From Octopus bimaculoides (lineage: Eukaryota), in the NCBI RefSeq assembly GCF_001194135.2, contig NC_068995.1, forward strand, positions 33,068,014 to 33,131,575: DNA of 63,562 nucleotides, in the 5' to 3' direction. Every line of letters starts with the position of its first letter. The first letter of the stretch is position 1. A model generated the notes under the pieces. That model was not told the DNA's origin, did not search any database, and saw only the letters and a program-made list of their open reading frames with translations. Made by a program: the position numbers and the translations under genes. This document shows, piece after piece, positions 15,118 to 27,928 of this stretch.

Positions 15118-15118
<1 letters not shown>
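14826..15118 (+). mobile_element. tRNA-like SINE family B with (TA)n tail
   Basis: gagggcacatggcttagcg...tttcaattcc...gtgttcttgagcaaaacacttcatc...gatcactataaaca. Similar copies at 45328-45575 (+) and 37095-37290 (-). Confidence 0.7.
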
Positions 15119-15159
<41 letters not shown>

Positions 15160-15162
15160 TAA

Positions 15163-15437
15163 GGAATGGAGTGAACGCATGTTATAACTGCATACTTTAT
15201 TCCGGCATATGTTTCGAAGAGTTACAATTTATGCGATCCATAGGAATCGTCGATGTTAAAAATGTAAACTTCTCAGCGAAATGTATGGGAACCATCTTAA
15301 ACGTAAGACATTGTGACCGAGTATGAGAACTATAGTTGGATAAGGGTATAACGTAATTCATTTGAAAAAACCGTTAGAGATGTGGACGCTACCAGATAGT
15401 ACATTGGACATGAAAGGGGGAAAAAAAAAAGGAAAAA

Positions 15438-15473
<36 letters not shown>

Positions 15474-16072
15474 AAAATTCAGAGTGTAGATTTGGGAGTA
15501 GATGGGATGATATAAATCCAATAGAAAAATTTTTTTGGAGAGGAATGTTATGTAATAAAAAGGCATTGTAAATGGGGTTAATACTGTGTTTCTATGAAAA
15601 TATTGAGATGAATGTATATAAACAATTATACTTATGTGTATGCGCATATATATATACAAACAGACCCACATTTACTCCAATAAGTTCATATATGCATATT
15701 TATATACACACCCACGTCAAAACTCACACTCACATATACATACGAACACACACACATACACATATATATACATATATATATATATCTATATATCNNNNNN
15801 NNNNNNNNNNNNNNNNNNNNNNNNNNNNNNNNNNNNNNNNNNNNNNNNNNNNNNNNNNNNNNNNNNNNNNNNNNNNNNNNNNNNNNNNNNNNNNNNNNNN
15901 NNNNNNNNNNNNNNNNNNNNNNNNNNNNNNNNNNNNNNNNNNNNNNNNNNNNNNNNNNNNNNNNNNNNNNNNNNNNNNNNNNNNNNNNNNNNNNNNNNNN
16001 NNNNNNNNNNNNNNNNNNNCATACATACATATACATACACACATACATACATATACATACACACATACATAC

Positions 16073-16125
<53 letters not shown>

Positions 16126-16172
16126 TATACACACACATACATACATATACATATATACACACATATATATAC

Positions 16173-16212
<40 letters not shown>

Positions 16213-16665
16213 GCACCCATACATATTCACAAATACACTCTAATAATTACCACATATCGACAGTTATTCATACGTACTAGGGAGTATATTAAATTGCGTA
16301 TGAGTATCTATATAAATTCATGTAACAACAAATACATAAAATATATATGTATGTATAATGGTACGTGTATAAGTGTTTATATATACATGTGTATCAGAGT
16401 CTGTGTGTATATATATTCATGTTTTTGTATGAAACTAGATGTGTTTGTATAGATTTTTGTGTACATATATGTATTTTTATTTTTATTTTAATTGCTATTA
16501 TTTATAAAAAATATATAAATATGCATGTATGTATGTTTAATTGGATGCATGTATATTTTTTTGTGCACAGATATATTTATGCAACTTTTTATATATATTC
16601 ATATATGACTGTATTTGTGAATATGTATGGGTGCGTATGTGTGTGTATATATATATATGTGTATA

Positions 16666-16702
<37 letters not shown>

Positions 16703-16785
16703 GTGTATATATATATATATGTATGTGTGTATGTGTGTGTATGTGTGTATGTGTGTGTATATGTGTATATATGTGTATGTGTGTG

Positions 16786-16874
<89 letters not shown>

Positions 16875-17076
16875 NNNNNNNNNNCTAAAGTATAAGTGTT
16901 TATATACATTCATCTCAATATTTTCATAGAAAATATATATATGTATATATATATGTATATATATGTATGTGTGTGTGTGTGTATGTATATGTACGTATGT
17001 GTGTATGTACATGTATGTATGCATGTATATGTATGTGTGTGTGTGTATTTATGTATATATATGTGTATATGTGTGT

Positions 17077-17114
<38 letters not shown>

Positions 17115-17271
17115 TTGTATATCTGTATGTATATATATATGTGTGTGCGTATGTATGCTTATAGGCGTAGATGCATATATATGTGTATGTGTATGTGTGT
17201 ATATGTATGTGTGTGTATATGTGTATATGTATATATATATATATATATGTATGTGTATATATATATATATG

Positions 17272-17323
<52 letters not shown>

Positions 17324-18159
17324 TATACATATGTATATGAGTATGTGTATGTATTGATATNNNNNNNNNNNNNNNNNNNNNNNNNNNNNNNNNNNNNNNN
17401 NNNNNNNNNNNNNNNNNNNNNNNNNNNNNNNNNNNNNNNNNNNNNNNNNNNNNNNNNNNNNNNNNNNNNNNNNNNNNNNNNNNNNNNNNNNNNNNNNNNN
17501 NNNNNNNNNNNNNNNNNNNNNNNNNNNNNNNNNNNNNNNNNNNNNNNNNNNNNNNNNNNNNNNNNNNNNNNNNNNNNNNNNNNNNNNNNNNNNNNNNNNN
17601 NNNNNNNNNNNNNNNNNNNNNNNNNNNNNNNNNNNNNNNNNNNNNNNNNNNNNNNNNNNNNNNNNNNNNNNNNNNNNNNNNNNNNNNNNNNNNNNNNNNN
17701 NNNNNNNNNNNNNNNNNNNNNNNNNNNNNNNNNNNNNNNNNNNNNNNNNNNNNNNNNNNNNNNNNNNNNNNNNNNNNNNNNNNNNNNNNNNNNNNNNNNN
17801 NNNNNNNNNNNNNNNNNNNNNNNNNNNNNNNNNNNNNNNNNNNNNNNNNNNNNNNNNNNNNNNNNNNNNNNNNNNNNNNNNNNNNCTTTTTTTTTTTTCC
17901 CCCTTTCATGTCCAACGTACTATCTGGTAGCGTCCACATCTCTAACGGTTTTTTCAAATGAATTACGTTATAACCTTATCCAACTATAGTTCTCATACTC
18001 GGTCACAATGTCTTACGTTTAAGACGGTTCCCATACATTTCGCTGAGGAGAAATTAATATTTTTAACATCGACGATTCCTATGGATCGCATAAATTGTAA
18101 TTCTTCGAAACATATGTCGGAATAAAGTATGCAGTTATAACATGCGTTCACTCCATTCC
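15163..18159. mobile_element. Kolobok-like non-autonomous DNA transposon with ~270-bp TIRs and a microsatellite-filled interior
   Basis: 15163-15431 is the near-perfect reverse complement of 17886-18159. Termini are TTAA|GG...CC|TTAA. A TTAA target site with RR..YY ends is the established Kolobok signature. No transposase is visible, and the interior has N gaps. Confidence 0.65.
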
Positions 18160-18320
18160 TTAATTTATATATACTCAAATACCCAAAATATCAAGGAGTT
18201 TCTGCCTCACAAACAGGAATTACACCACAGTTATTTTGTGATCTTTGCTACCCTGGTTTCTATTAACCCATTTATTCTATCCGAATTATCATTAATTAGG
18301 ATAAAATAAATACATATAAT

Positions 18321-18359
<39 letters not shown>

Positions 18360-19589
18360 TTTTATTCATTTAGTCTTTCACCAGTTCCTGGATTGCAGGC
18401 TTGCTGGGGTACTGTATTCAAGAGTTTAGTTGAGCATAGCATATCAACCTCAGTAATTAAGTTTGAATCTTATTTTATCAATGTGTGTCATAGTTGAGCA
18501 GTTAATGTTGCAGTACATCAACAGCATCACTGGGGTTAAGTGGTATAAACACATACACAATAGAGTTCTATACTGTGTTTGCTAACTAAATTTCACTCAA
18601 ATGCTATAGAAGAGAACACTTTACCAACTTAGTTACTACAGAATGGGATTAAATCCAGAACCACATGGTTGCAAAGCAAACTTTTTAATCATATTGATAT
18701 AATTGCACTTGCATTACTGACATGTTTTCCAAAATCCACAGCTCAGTGGAGCAGCAATGTATGTTGTTCATGAGAACTAGCCATATGAACATTCCTTTCT
18801 TTTGAAAATAAAAATGTAATACAGTGTATTAAAATTTGTTAAACCTTTACCAACTTAGTTACACAATAGTAGAATAATACTATGGATAGATTACATCTTC
18901 AATTTTGTTCTGTAGTTAAGATTGTTTACTTCCTGATAGAGATAATCATTTTATCCCAATATGAATCAGAATTCACTTCTTTCTTTCCTTCTTTTTTTTT
19001 TTGTTTATTCAATGTGAAGTTTTAAAAATTTCTCATCATTGGTAATCATGTATAGCAATGTTTCATCCTTTTTAGAAATTGTCTGCATGGTATAACCTGT
19101 GACTTATATTTCATAGTTTTCTATAAACTTCCAGCCAACTTAGTTTCAAAATAATCATAGAATAACCATGGATACTACTAGTTAGAAATTACTTAGTCAT
19201 TAAAAAAAATTGTTATACAACTTTTTTGCCATTCTCTCTCAATATGTTTAAGGTCACTAGTTTTCCAATAATGCTTAGAGATTAGAAATCCTATTAATAG
19301 AACAGTAGTTAGGAAAAAAATCATATATGAAAGAAAAGAATAGTAGTATTCATTTGAAGTCAACAAAGTGGGTTGTACAAAAGGTTGTAGCTGCTGCAAA
19401 TTGTAATGTTCTGGACTAATGTAAGTATAAATACCTAAAAGCTGTACCTGCAGTGAAAGCACTCAGCCTTGGATTGATTGATAGGTCAAAGGAAGTGGGT
19501 CTATTACAATAACAATATTAAAGCAGGATACAGACTTTGGTCAGAATCAGTAGGCCATACATACATATGTACAAACACATGTGTGTATC

Positions 19590-20160
19590 ATCATCAGCAG
19601 TACTTAATGTCATTTTCAATGCTGGCATGAGTTGGATAGTTTGACAGGAGCAGGCAAACCAGAAGGCTGGATGCCTTTCCTAATGCCACTTTACAGAATG
19701 TGCTGGGTGCTTCTTATGTGGTACCAGCACAGATACTTCTTATGTGATCCAGCACAAATACTTCTTATGTGATCCAGCACAAATACTTCTTACGCGAGAC
19801 CAGCACGAGTGCTTCTTATGTGGCACCAGCACCATGGTTGCCAAGTAGCTTACATGACAAAAGACCTCTCAGCTGAGAGAAGGAGTGGAATCAAAGAAAG
19901 TGGCTGTGTGCCAGGTGAGAGATTAGAGTACAATAGAGGGACAGAGTTGTCTTACTATAGAGGAGATACTTGGCTACTCCAATAGGACAAGGAAGGAAAG
20001 GAAGGGGGGAGTTAGAGTAAAAGATAAAGGCAATCAGAGAGAGAAACAGATGGTGTTAGAGATGGAGATGTATTGGGGTCTACCTGCAGGGATCAGTGGA
20101 GTGAGGTATAAGTAGTACAGAGGGAATAGAGGGGCATGTTCTATAAGAGTGTGAGGAGAG
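19590..20160 (-). mobile_element. RTE-type 3' UTR fragment with a tandem ~25-nt array
   Basis: Tail motif followed by about five units of (g/a)t(g/a)cttcttatgtg(g/a)(c/t)(a/c)ccagcac at 19707-19832. Confidence 0.65.
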
Positions 20161-21964
20161 ATGTTTAGAGATGAGGAAGACACAATTATAGCAAATGATA
20201 GCGAGAGAAATTGGAGAGGCTGGGAGTTGGGTATATATACATCATAAGAATTTAGAAACTTTGAGTGAACATCAAATATAGTGGAACTGAACCTGAGACC
20301 ACATGGTTGGCAAGCAAGCTTCTAAACAAGTCATTCCTACACCTACACACACATCAGACTTTGGTACAGTTTTTGTCTGCCACTTACCCGATGCATCACA
20401 AGGTAAAATGGGTAGAAGGGAACTCAAAACTGCATGGTTAAGTAGTGAACTTCTTTACCACACAGACATGCCTGCAGCTATATATATTATTAATATATAT
20501 GCTGCAGCTATATATATTATCTCTCTCTCTCTCTCTCTCTCTCTCCATATATATATATATATATATATATTAAATATCATCTGGGTAATAACCTTATAAT
20601 ATGCCTTTTCAAAGCTCCTTTACAGTTATCAGCTACCATATGCCATCATACAGCAGGATTCCTCTTGCTTCATAGCACTGGGTTGGACCTATGGTTTTCA
20701 CTCCCACACATCTGGTGTGAGTACACAGCTATTGCAGGATCATATTTATACAATAATATGTATAAATGGAAAATTCAGCAACTAATAGCTGTTACTAACG
20801 CACAGAAACAATTATTGTGATTTGAATTAAAGGCTGTTCATTCCATCTTCTTGTACTAGAAATTTTATATAATTGGCAAAAATATGACCGTCCGCAAATA
20901 TAACAATATCTGATTCAACACACAATTTCACATCAGGAATCTTAAAAAACAAATACATAAATGTGTATACACACACACACACAGTGTATAGATAACAAAG
21001 TTATGTGGATGCATGTGTATGTGTGTACATATAATACCAGCAGTAAGTAGCTAGTGTTGCATGGATAACTGAGACTTAACAGCATTGAACTGCACAACAG
21101 ACATAGCAGCAATTAAGTGCATATATTTATACACAGTCTTCATTTGAATTGAGAACACCAAGAAAGTGAACCACTTGTTTTACATCCTCCCCTTTCTACC
21201 TTTCTCTTATATACAAGTCTGTGTAAATAAATGTGTTTAAATCCGATTTCTCTGATCTTAACTATTTGTTAACAACTACTCATTAAACACATGTCTATCT
21301 CTCTCTCCTTTTTCTTGCTTTCCCTGTCTAATTACGATTGCCAGTATGTCTCCCCTTTTCTCTTGTCCTCACTACCTGTTTTTTTCCTCTTTCTAACTCA
21401 AACACACACATGCTTACACTTACATGTAACTTTGCTTTATTAATTAGTAATAAAGAGATGGAATGTGGTAAATGTACACACACACATGCACACGCAAAAT
21501 CATATGGACAGATAGAGGAAAATAGAGTGGCTGTAAGCTTCTGGTAGGATACAAACACAGATGTTCCCACAAATTTATATAATGATTCTAATCTAAGGTA
21601 TAACTGCACAAGATCTTTATATGCACAATATTCTCTGCAAAAGATCCATTTCCATTGTTTTTGACATAATGCTAAATCCCCTTAAATTTTGAACTTTGGA
21701 CATAGCTTAAAATTAGAATTTGGCCATGGGAAAGCAAAGAAAGAAATTAATTCATTTGTGTAGTTGTCTGGATTTAACTTTTAATTAAAAATGAAAAATA
21801 CATAGCAGTTTTAATTGCTGTATTTATTTCAGAACATTCCAGAGGAGAATTGGGTTGTTTTTTTTTTCAAACTTTGGTTTCTTTGGGTTGTTTATGCATT
21901 TTCTTTTACATCTCCACACATCCACACATATGTAGTGAGATATATGGCCTTCACAGACATAAAC

Positions 21965-22364
21965 AGAGTGTGTAAGGTATTTGAGGACATACCTTTTTTG
22001 GGTCATTGCTGCATTTTTTGCTAACTCTGTATTATCTTTGTTTCATAAAATAATAATGGCAGTAGCTTAGCTAACTCAAGAAATGAAGAGGCATGCTGTT
22101 ATTGTGGTTATAAAGGATGAGCATAGCAATTTAGAAATATCTCGATTTTTAAAAGTTGCCAGATCTTTCGTCTACAAAGTTTGTAAGGAGCTAGAGACTG
22201 AAGATGGTAACAATATCACCAGTATCAAAGCATAAAAAGCATTTTAAATGCTCTGAAATCATCAGAACACCTGAATTTATCCAGCAAGTTCAATAGACCA
22301 TTGATTACAATCCCAGAAAGTCCATGACGTCAATTGCAAAAGATCTTCATGTATCAGAAAGAAC
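21965..22364 (+). mobile_element. Tc1/mariner (maT/DD37D-like) transposase 5' fragment, pseudogenised, cut by an N gap
   Basis: From 22056: MAVA*LTQEMKRHAVIVVIKDEHSNLEISRFLKVARSFVYKVCKELETEDG, then after a frameshift IIRTPEFIQQVQ*TIDYNPRKSMTSIAKDLHVSER. This is a typical paired-HTH DNA-binding region. Confidence 0.75.
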
Positions 22365-22424
22365 NNNNNNNNNNNNNNNNNNNNNNNNNNNNNNNNNNNN
22401 NNNNNNNNNNNNNNNNNNNNNNNN

Positions 22425-22952
22425 AGATTATAAACATGGAAAATTACAGGACAAGTCATTACGCTTGGAAAAGTTCAGGACAACTTATTACATCTGGTAA
22501 AGTATAGAACAAGAACATTTTTACTTGTAGTACATAATTAGTTAATAAAATAAGTAGAATAATACAAAAATTAATTATATATTACAGTAAAATATACCTA
22601 TAACAACAAATTGATAGTAAAATTTGCTGGAGTTTTTGCCAAGTCTTCACATTTTTAGTCTTGACCCAATGCCTATTTTTGATATAATGAATTTGCCTAT
22701 CATATATACTATTCTACTTTGCATAAAACTTTAGCTATGTTGGTACATCTGGCTCTCATTTTTTAAGTATTCTAGTGTGTCAACATTTTAATTATAATGT
22801 TACTTTGTAAATTAAAATCAAACAATTTTTAATATTCAAATTTTATCCTTAGCTGCAAAATTTTCTTGTTCTATATTTTACCAGATGTAATAATTTGTTC
22901 TGAACTTTTCCAAGCGTAATAATTTGTCCTGTAATTTTCCAGGTTTATAATC
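22425..22952. repeat. Foldback-type inverted repeat with internal subrepeats
   Basis: 22425-22520 is the reverse complement of 22858-22952. Each arm is built of about three degenerate ~28-nt units. Confidence 0.8.
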
Positions 22953-24934
22953 TTAAGAATATTATTTCTCTTGCTCGCACTTTTCCATGTAATCCATGTT
23001 TTTTTCCAGGTTATACTATTATGTTAATTAATAATGAGTCAAATGTGTCAGTTAGCGGTGTCATTGATAATTTTTTCCTTATCTCAATGACGCCAGTGAC
23101 ATATATTAAAAGTCCCTTTATAGAACTATATTCATAAAAAAGTATAGAACTACATTATCACTCTCAAATTTGAGAAACAAGCAATCATAACTTTTTCTTA
23201 TAAAACTTCATTGCATGAGATCGATACCATGAAATTCCTCAAATTGAGCTCTATCATTTAAACTGAATTAAAATGTAGTTTGTTTTTAAAATGGAAAAAA
23301 GTTAATTATACTTAAATCCAATTTTTTGCTTTATATATTTGTTCATGATATTTTACCTCACAACTTTTGTGATACAAATTTTTGTTGCATGGGACCGAAA
23401 CTATGAAATTCTTCACACTTTCTTCTTTCATTGAAGCTAAGATAAATATATTTTGCTTTGGAAATAAAAAAGTTATTTAGATCTAAACTTGATTGGTGGC
23501 GTTACTTACTCTCCTATAATGTTGCTATAAATTTTGAAGTAAACTTTTTTCTACTGGATTGAATCTCAATTTTTTTAATGCCAAAATGTAGCTAGGGACT
23601 GTTAACAGTTTTCAATTTGGTTAAGAACTGAATTAGTGACAAGCTTCTGAAAGAAGCTATGTGTGAGTAAATTGCAACCTTAAGAATATCATTCAACTAC
23701 TACTGTAGTTGAATGATATATCATCATCATAATCATTTAAAATCCATTTTCTATGCTGGCATGGTTGGACAGTTTGACAAGAACTGGTAAGGCCAGGGGC
23801 TGCACCAAGCCCCATTGTTTTGGCATGGTTTTTACAGCTGGATGCCCTTCCTAATGCCAACCACTTTACAGAGTCTTTCTGGGTGCTTTTTATGTGGCAA
23901 AAGCACCAATGTTTTTAATGTGACACAAGAGTATGACTGTACATGAATGTTGACATATCACAGCTTTGCTTGAGTGAAATTGTGAATTACAGTCACTGTA
24001 CTTTTGAAGGACTTCAAAAATGAAAAAAAAATCCTTTACTTGAAAAGTGGGTAAGGAAGAGCATTGATATCATCATTTAATGTCCAATTTTCTCATCTAA
24101 ACCCATGCTAGCATGAAAAGAATTAACCCTCTTACAGTGGAAATCAGATATATCCACTCAAAATTTCATTGCCCTTAACTGCAAAAAGCTATTTTACTAA
24201 CCAATCTCTTGTTTAAGAATGTCATGTTCGAAACTACACACACACGCACACACACTTAAGACTGCAATGTCAAATGTGTTATCCCATTTTTTTAAGTGAG
24301 AAGAGTGTTTTCAGGGAGATTTTGACAACAATTTGTAACAGGTCAAGTATCAACATAGGGGTTCCTTCATTGATACATAAATAGTTATTTTGTTGTATGT
24401 TTTTAAATTTACCATGGATTGGTAAACAGAGCAATTCTCTTGTATAATGGCTTCTGGTTTAATATGGGTTGGATGCAGCTGAAAGAGCATAGTGTTAAAG
24501 CAATGAATGTAAACAAAAAAGGGAAAAAAATGCACACTGAACACTAGCTCTACACCACCACCACTAACACCATAACCAGCAGTCAGTTGCCATATACACA
24601 TTTGTGTATAGGTATATACATATGTGTGTGTGTGTGTGCGCGCACATGACACATAGCATACACTGACATAAGCACACAATATACAGGTAGAGGAAAGTAA
24701 TATGACTGTGTTTGTGTGTGGGAGTTTTTTTTAATTCAGTTTGTTCAGTTTTAGAGTTACTTTGTCTACAATCCCTAACAGGGATTAACAGGAAATCCTA
24801 TTTACAGAGGAGTATTGTAGTTAAATGATTATTTTAAATTACCTGAAATATATATCTTCAGACATTATACAGATTTTTCTGTAATAATGAAAGAAAAAAA
24901 AAATCAGAATTATGGGGATTGGTCAATATTTATT

Positions 24935-25290
24935 CATCATTGTCATCATTTAACGTCCGCTTTCCATGCTGGTATGGGTTGGACAATTTGATTGAGGACT
25001 GGCGAACCAGATGGCTGCACCAGGCTCCAATCTGATCTGGCAGAGTTTCTACAGCTGGATGCCCTTCCTAACGCCAAGCACTCCAAGAGTGTAGTGGGTA
25101 CTTTTACATGCCACCGGCACGAGGGCCAGTCAGGCGGTACTGGCAATCGCCATGCTCAAATGGTGTTTTTTATATGCCACCTGCACAGGAGCCAGTCCAG
25201 CGCCATTGGCAACGACCTCACTTGAAAGTTTTTTCACGTGCCACCGGCACAAGTGCCAGTAAGGCGACGCTGGTGACGATCATGGCCTGA
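24935..25290 (-). mobile_element. Young RTE 3' tail copy (CpGs retained)
   Basis: catcatttaacgtccgctttccatgctggtatgggttggac...gatgcccttcctaacgccaa...gccaccggcac units. Confidence 0.8.
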
Positions 25291-26047
25291 GGTCAATCCT
25301 GGCTTTGATAAATGCATTCCACCCATTACTATCTATCTTTTATAGGGTGTCTACAACTACATTATCTAAGGTGTCTCCAATCAGTTATTTAAAGTTGGTT
25401 GAATGATCACCCAGAGGCTCTCTCACTGGTTTACAAGGTTATTTATTTGTTATTGAGGAACCTATGCATTGCCAAGTACTTACTGCTAACAGGAAATAAT
25501 ACAACACAGCAAATTTTTAAAATGTTAATCTACATTAACAGTTTTACATTTGTAGAACATAAGTTTCAATGCTATAACTAAATATCAATTCCTGTTTTCT
25601 TGAACTTTAGTTACTGCCAAAGATTAACTCCAGGCCCAGAGTAACCACCAAGTGAAGCAGGAAAATCAACAATAAGTCTGTTCCATCCATCATAAAGATC
25701 TAGCTTTAGTCTTATTACCTACAAGGTAATTCTCACCAGTGCTGGTACTACAAAGGCACACTTAGTACACTCTTAAGGAGGGACAGTGTATGGTTTGAGA
25801 AAATTCTCTAATCTTATCAATGGCAGGACAATCTCTATAGTCCTGGTACCACAAAAATAATGAATCCAATTCACTCTGTAAAGTGGGTGGTATTAGAAAG
25901 CATCTACTAACAGAAGCATGCCAAAAACTGAGGCCCTGGAGCATGACATGAATCTCCAACCAATTGGATCTTGTGGAACTACCCAAATCATGCCAGCAAG
26001 GAAAAATGCATGTAAAATGATTGAATGATTGATTTATGGCTGGATGG

Positions 26048-26049
<2 letters not shown>

Positions 26050-26138
<89 letters not shown>
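26050..26138. repeat. (TG)n microsatellite
   Basis: Direct reading. Confidence 0.95.
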
Positions 26139-26139
<1 letters not shown>

Positions 26140-26870
26140 TGACTCTTAGAGCTTCTAATAACATGTAAACCTGTACATCTTGTCACATGGTCAGGCCATC
26201 AAAGACAAAACAAAAAACCCTACCAAGCCTGCTTCATAAGGAGGATAGTTTTTGTTGGACACCTTGAAAGGTCAACAGCTGTCCAACAGCCATGAATGAG
26301 AGACTACGTAGTTTTTTAGTTCAATCCCACTACACAGAACCTTGGACAAGTTTTTCTACTATAGCCCTGGGCTGACCAAAGCTCTGTGAATGGATTTGGT
26401 AGAAAGGTGTGTGTGTGTGTGCATGTAGGCATGTACATATGTCTGTCTATATGTGTGTGTACCTTTCCCTACCAAGTAACAGGGACAGAAATAGGTATCT
26501 TGCTGTGGAGGAGATACATAGGTACCCCAGTAGGAAAGAGAGAAAGTGTAGTAGAGATGAGGTATCAGGGTATGCCCCACAAGATACAAGGTGGATAGAG
26601 AGCGAAAATGTACTATTTAAACAGTTGATTAATTCAGTTCCAAAAGGCTTGCATAAAGGAACAATTCTGAGTGAATGGAAAATTTCATTCATAGACAAAT
26701 CATTATTGGTAGTAATAAAAGAAAAGGTATTTTTATTTTTAGAATTGATTAGAACTGATATTATTACTAATCATAAATGCTAATATTTGCGCTGATTATT
26801 AATGTTACAAAGACAGGCAAAGCTAGTATGTTCTTGTCAGAGCCAATATTTAGGCAAAGACAGTTCTATA

Positions 26871-27094
26871 TTAACACTTCAGCATTTAAACCAATCATAT
26901 CCAGCCTAAATATTCTACCTGTTTTATGTTCAAACCACCCAGATCTCGTCTCTCATACCTACCCTATGTCATTTTAAAAATAAACAACCACACCAACAAA
27001 AACACAAAGCTACATGATGATACATGATTAATTCAAAACAATGTGAATAAATAAACATTACATTAGACAGTTTAATCTGATAGTAAAGAGTTAA
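26871..27094. mobile_element. piggyBac-type MITE family 1, copy 4
   Basis: ttaacacttcagcatt...gtaaagagttaa. Same orientation as copies 1, 2 and 7. Confidence 0.75.
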
Positions 27095-27792
27095 ACAGAC
27101 AGATACTCATCACAATATACATACAACTGGTAAATTAACTAAAAATCATTCTGGTAATTTTTAACTGAAAGAAAAGAAATTTACAACAAACTCATTGTGC
27201 ATGCAAACAATTATTACCAATATTTTCCATTTATTTCTTTTTGAGGACATTCACTTCAGTGAAATGTTTATATGTACATACATACATATATAGATATATT
27301 AACATATATTGATATATATTGGTTCGTGTTGGTACCACATAAAAAGCATCCAGTCCAGATTGTGAAGTGGTTGGCATTTGGAAGGGTATTAAGCTGTAAA
27401 ACCTTGCCATAGCTGGTGCCATGTAAAAAGCACTCAGTCCACAGTGCAGGGCAGTTGGTGTTAGGAAGGGCATCCAGCCATGAAAACTATGCCAAAACAG
27501 ACACAAAAGTCTGGTTCAAATTTTGGCACAGTATTTCAGGGGAGCAGCAAAGTACTCAACTGGTACTGATTTTATCAACTCCAAAAGGATTAAAGACAAA
27601 GTCAACCCTGATGGCATTTGAACCCAGGATGTAAAGACAGATGAAATGCTGCAAGCATTTTGCTCAACATGCTAATGATTCTGCCAGCCTTAACATATAT
27701 TGGTATGTATATTAACACCTAAATACACACAAAGAATAAGTGACTGATTGCAATGAATTTATAAAGTAAAACTAATAAACTATCTATCTTAC

Positions 27793-27928
27793 CTTAGATT
27801 TAGCATTCACAACTGGCTGCACTAGTTGAGAGGGCTTTAATTTTCCTTTAGCAATAAGCATAGCATTAACTTTGGCTGCAGCCTCAGCAGCAGCTTCGAG
27901 ACTGCTTTTGGACTGCGCAATCTGGCTC
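27793..27928 (-). CDS. KHDC4: KHDC4 (KH domain-containing 4 / KIAA0907 / BLOM7) coding exon 2, 136 nt
   Basis: Minus strand reads ctcttattttatttttcag|G AGC CAG...TCT AAG|gtaaga, with a canonical acceptor and donor. It translates to [45 protein letters not shown], which matches the N-terminal motif I recall from human KHDC4 ([26 protein letters not shown]). The exon is too short to appear in the ORF track. Confidence 0.88.

Noticed and set aside
25611-25718. Protein-like 35-aa minus-strand frame VIRLKLDLYDGWNRLIVDFPASLGGYSGPGVNLWQ*
   Set aside because: No family recognised and the acceptor is weak. The + strand exon-like reading has stops in all three frames.
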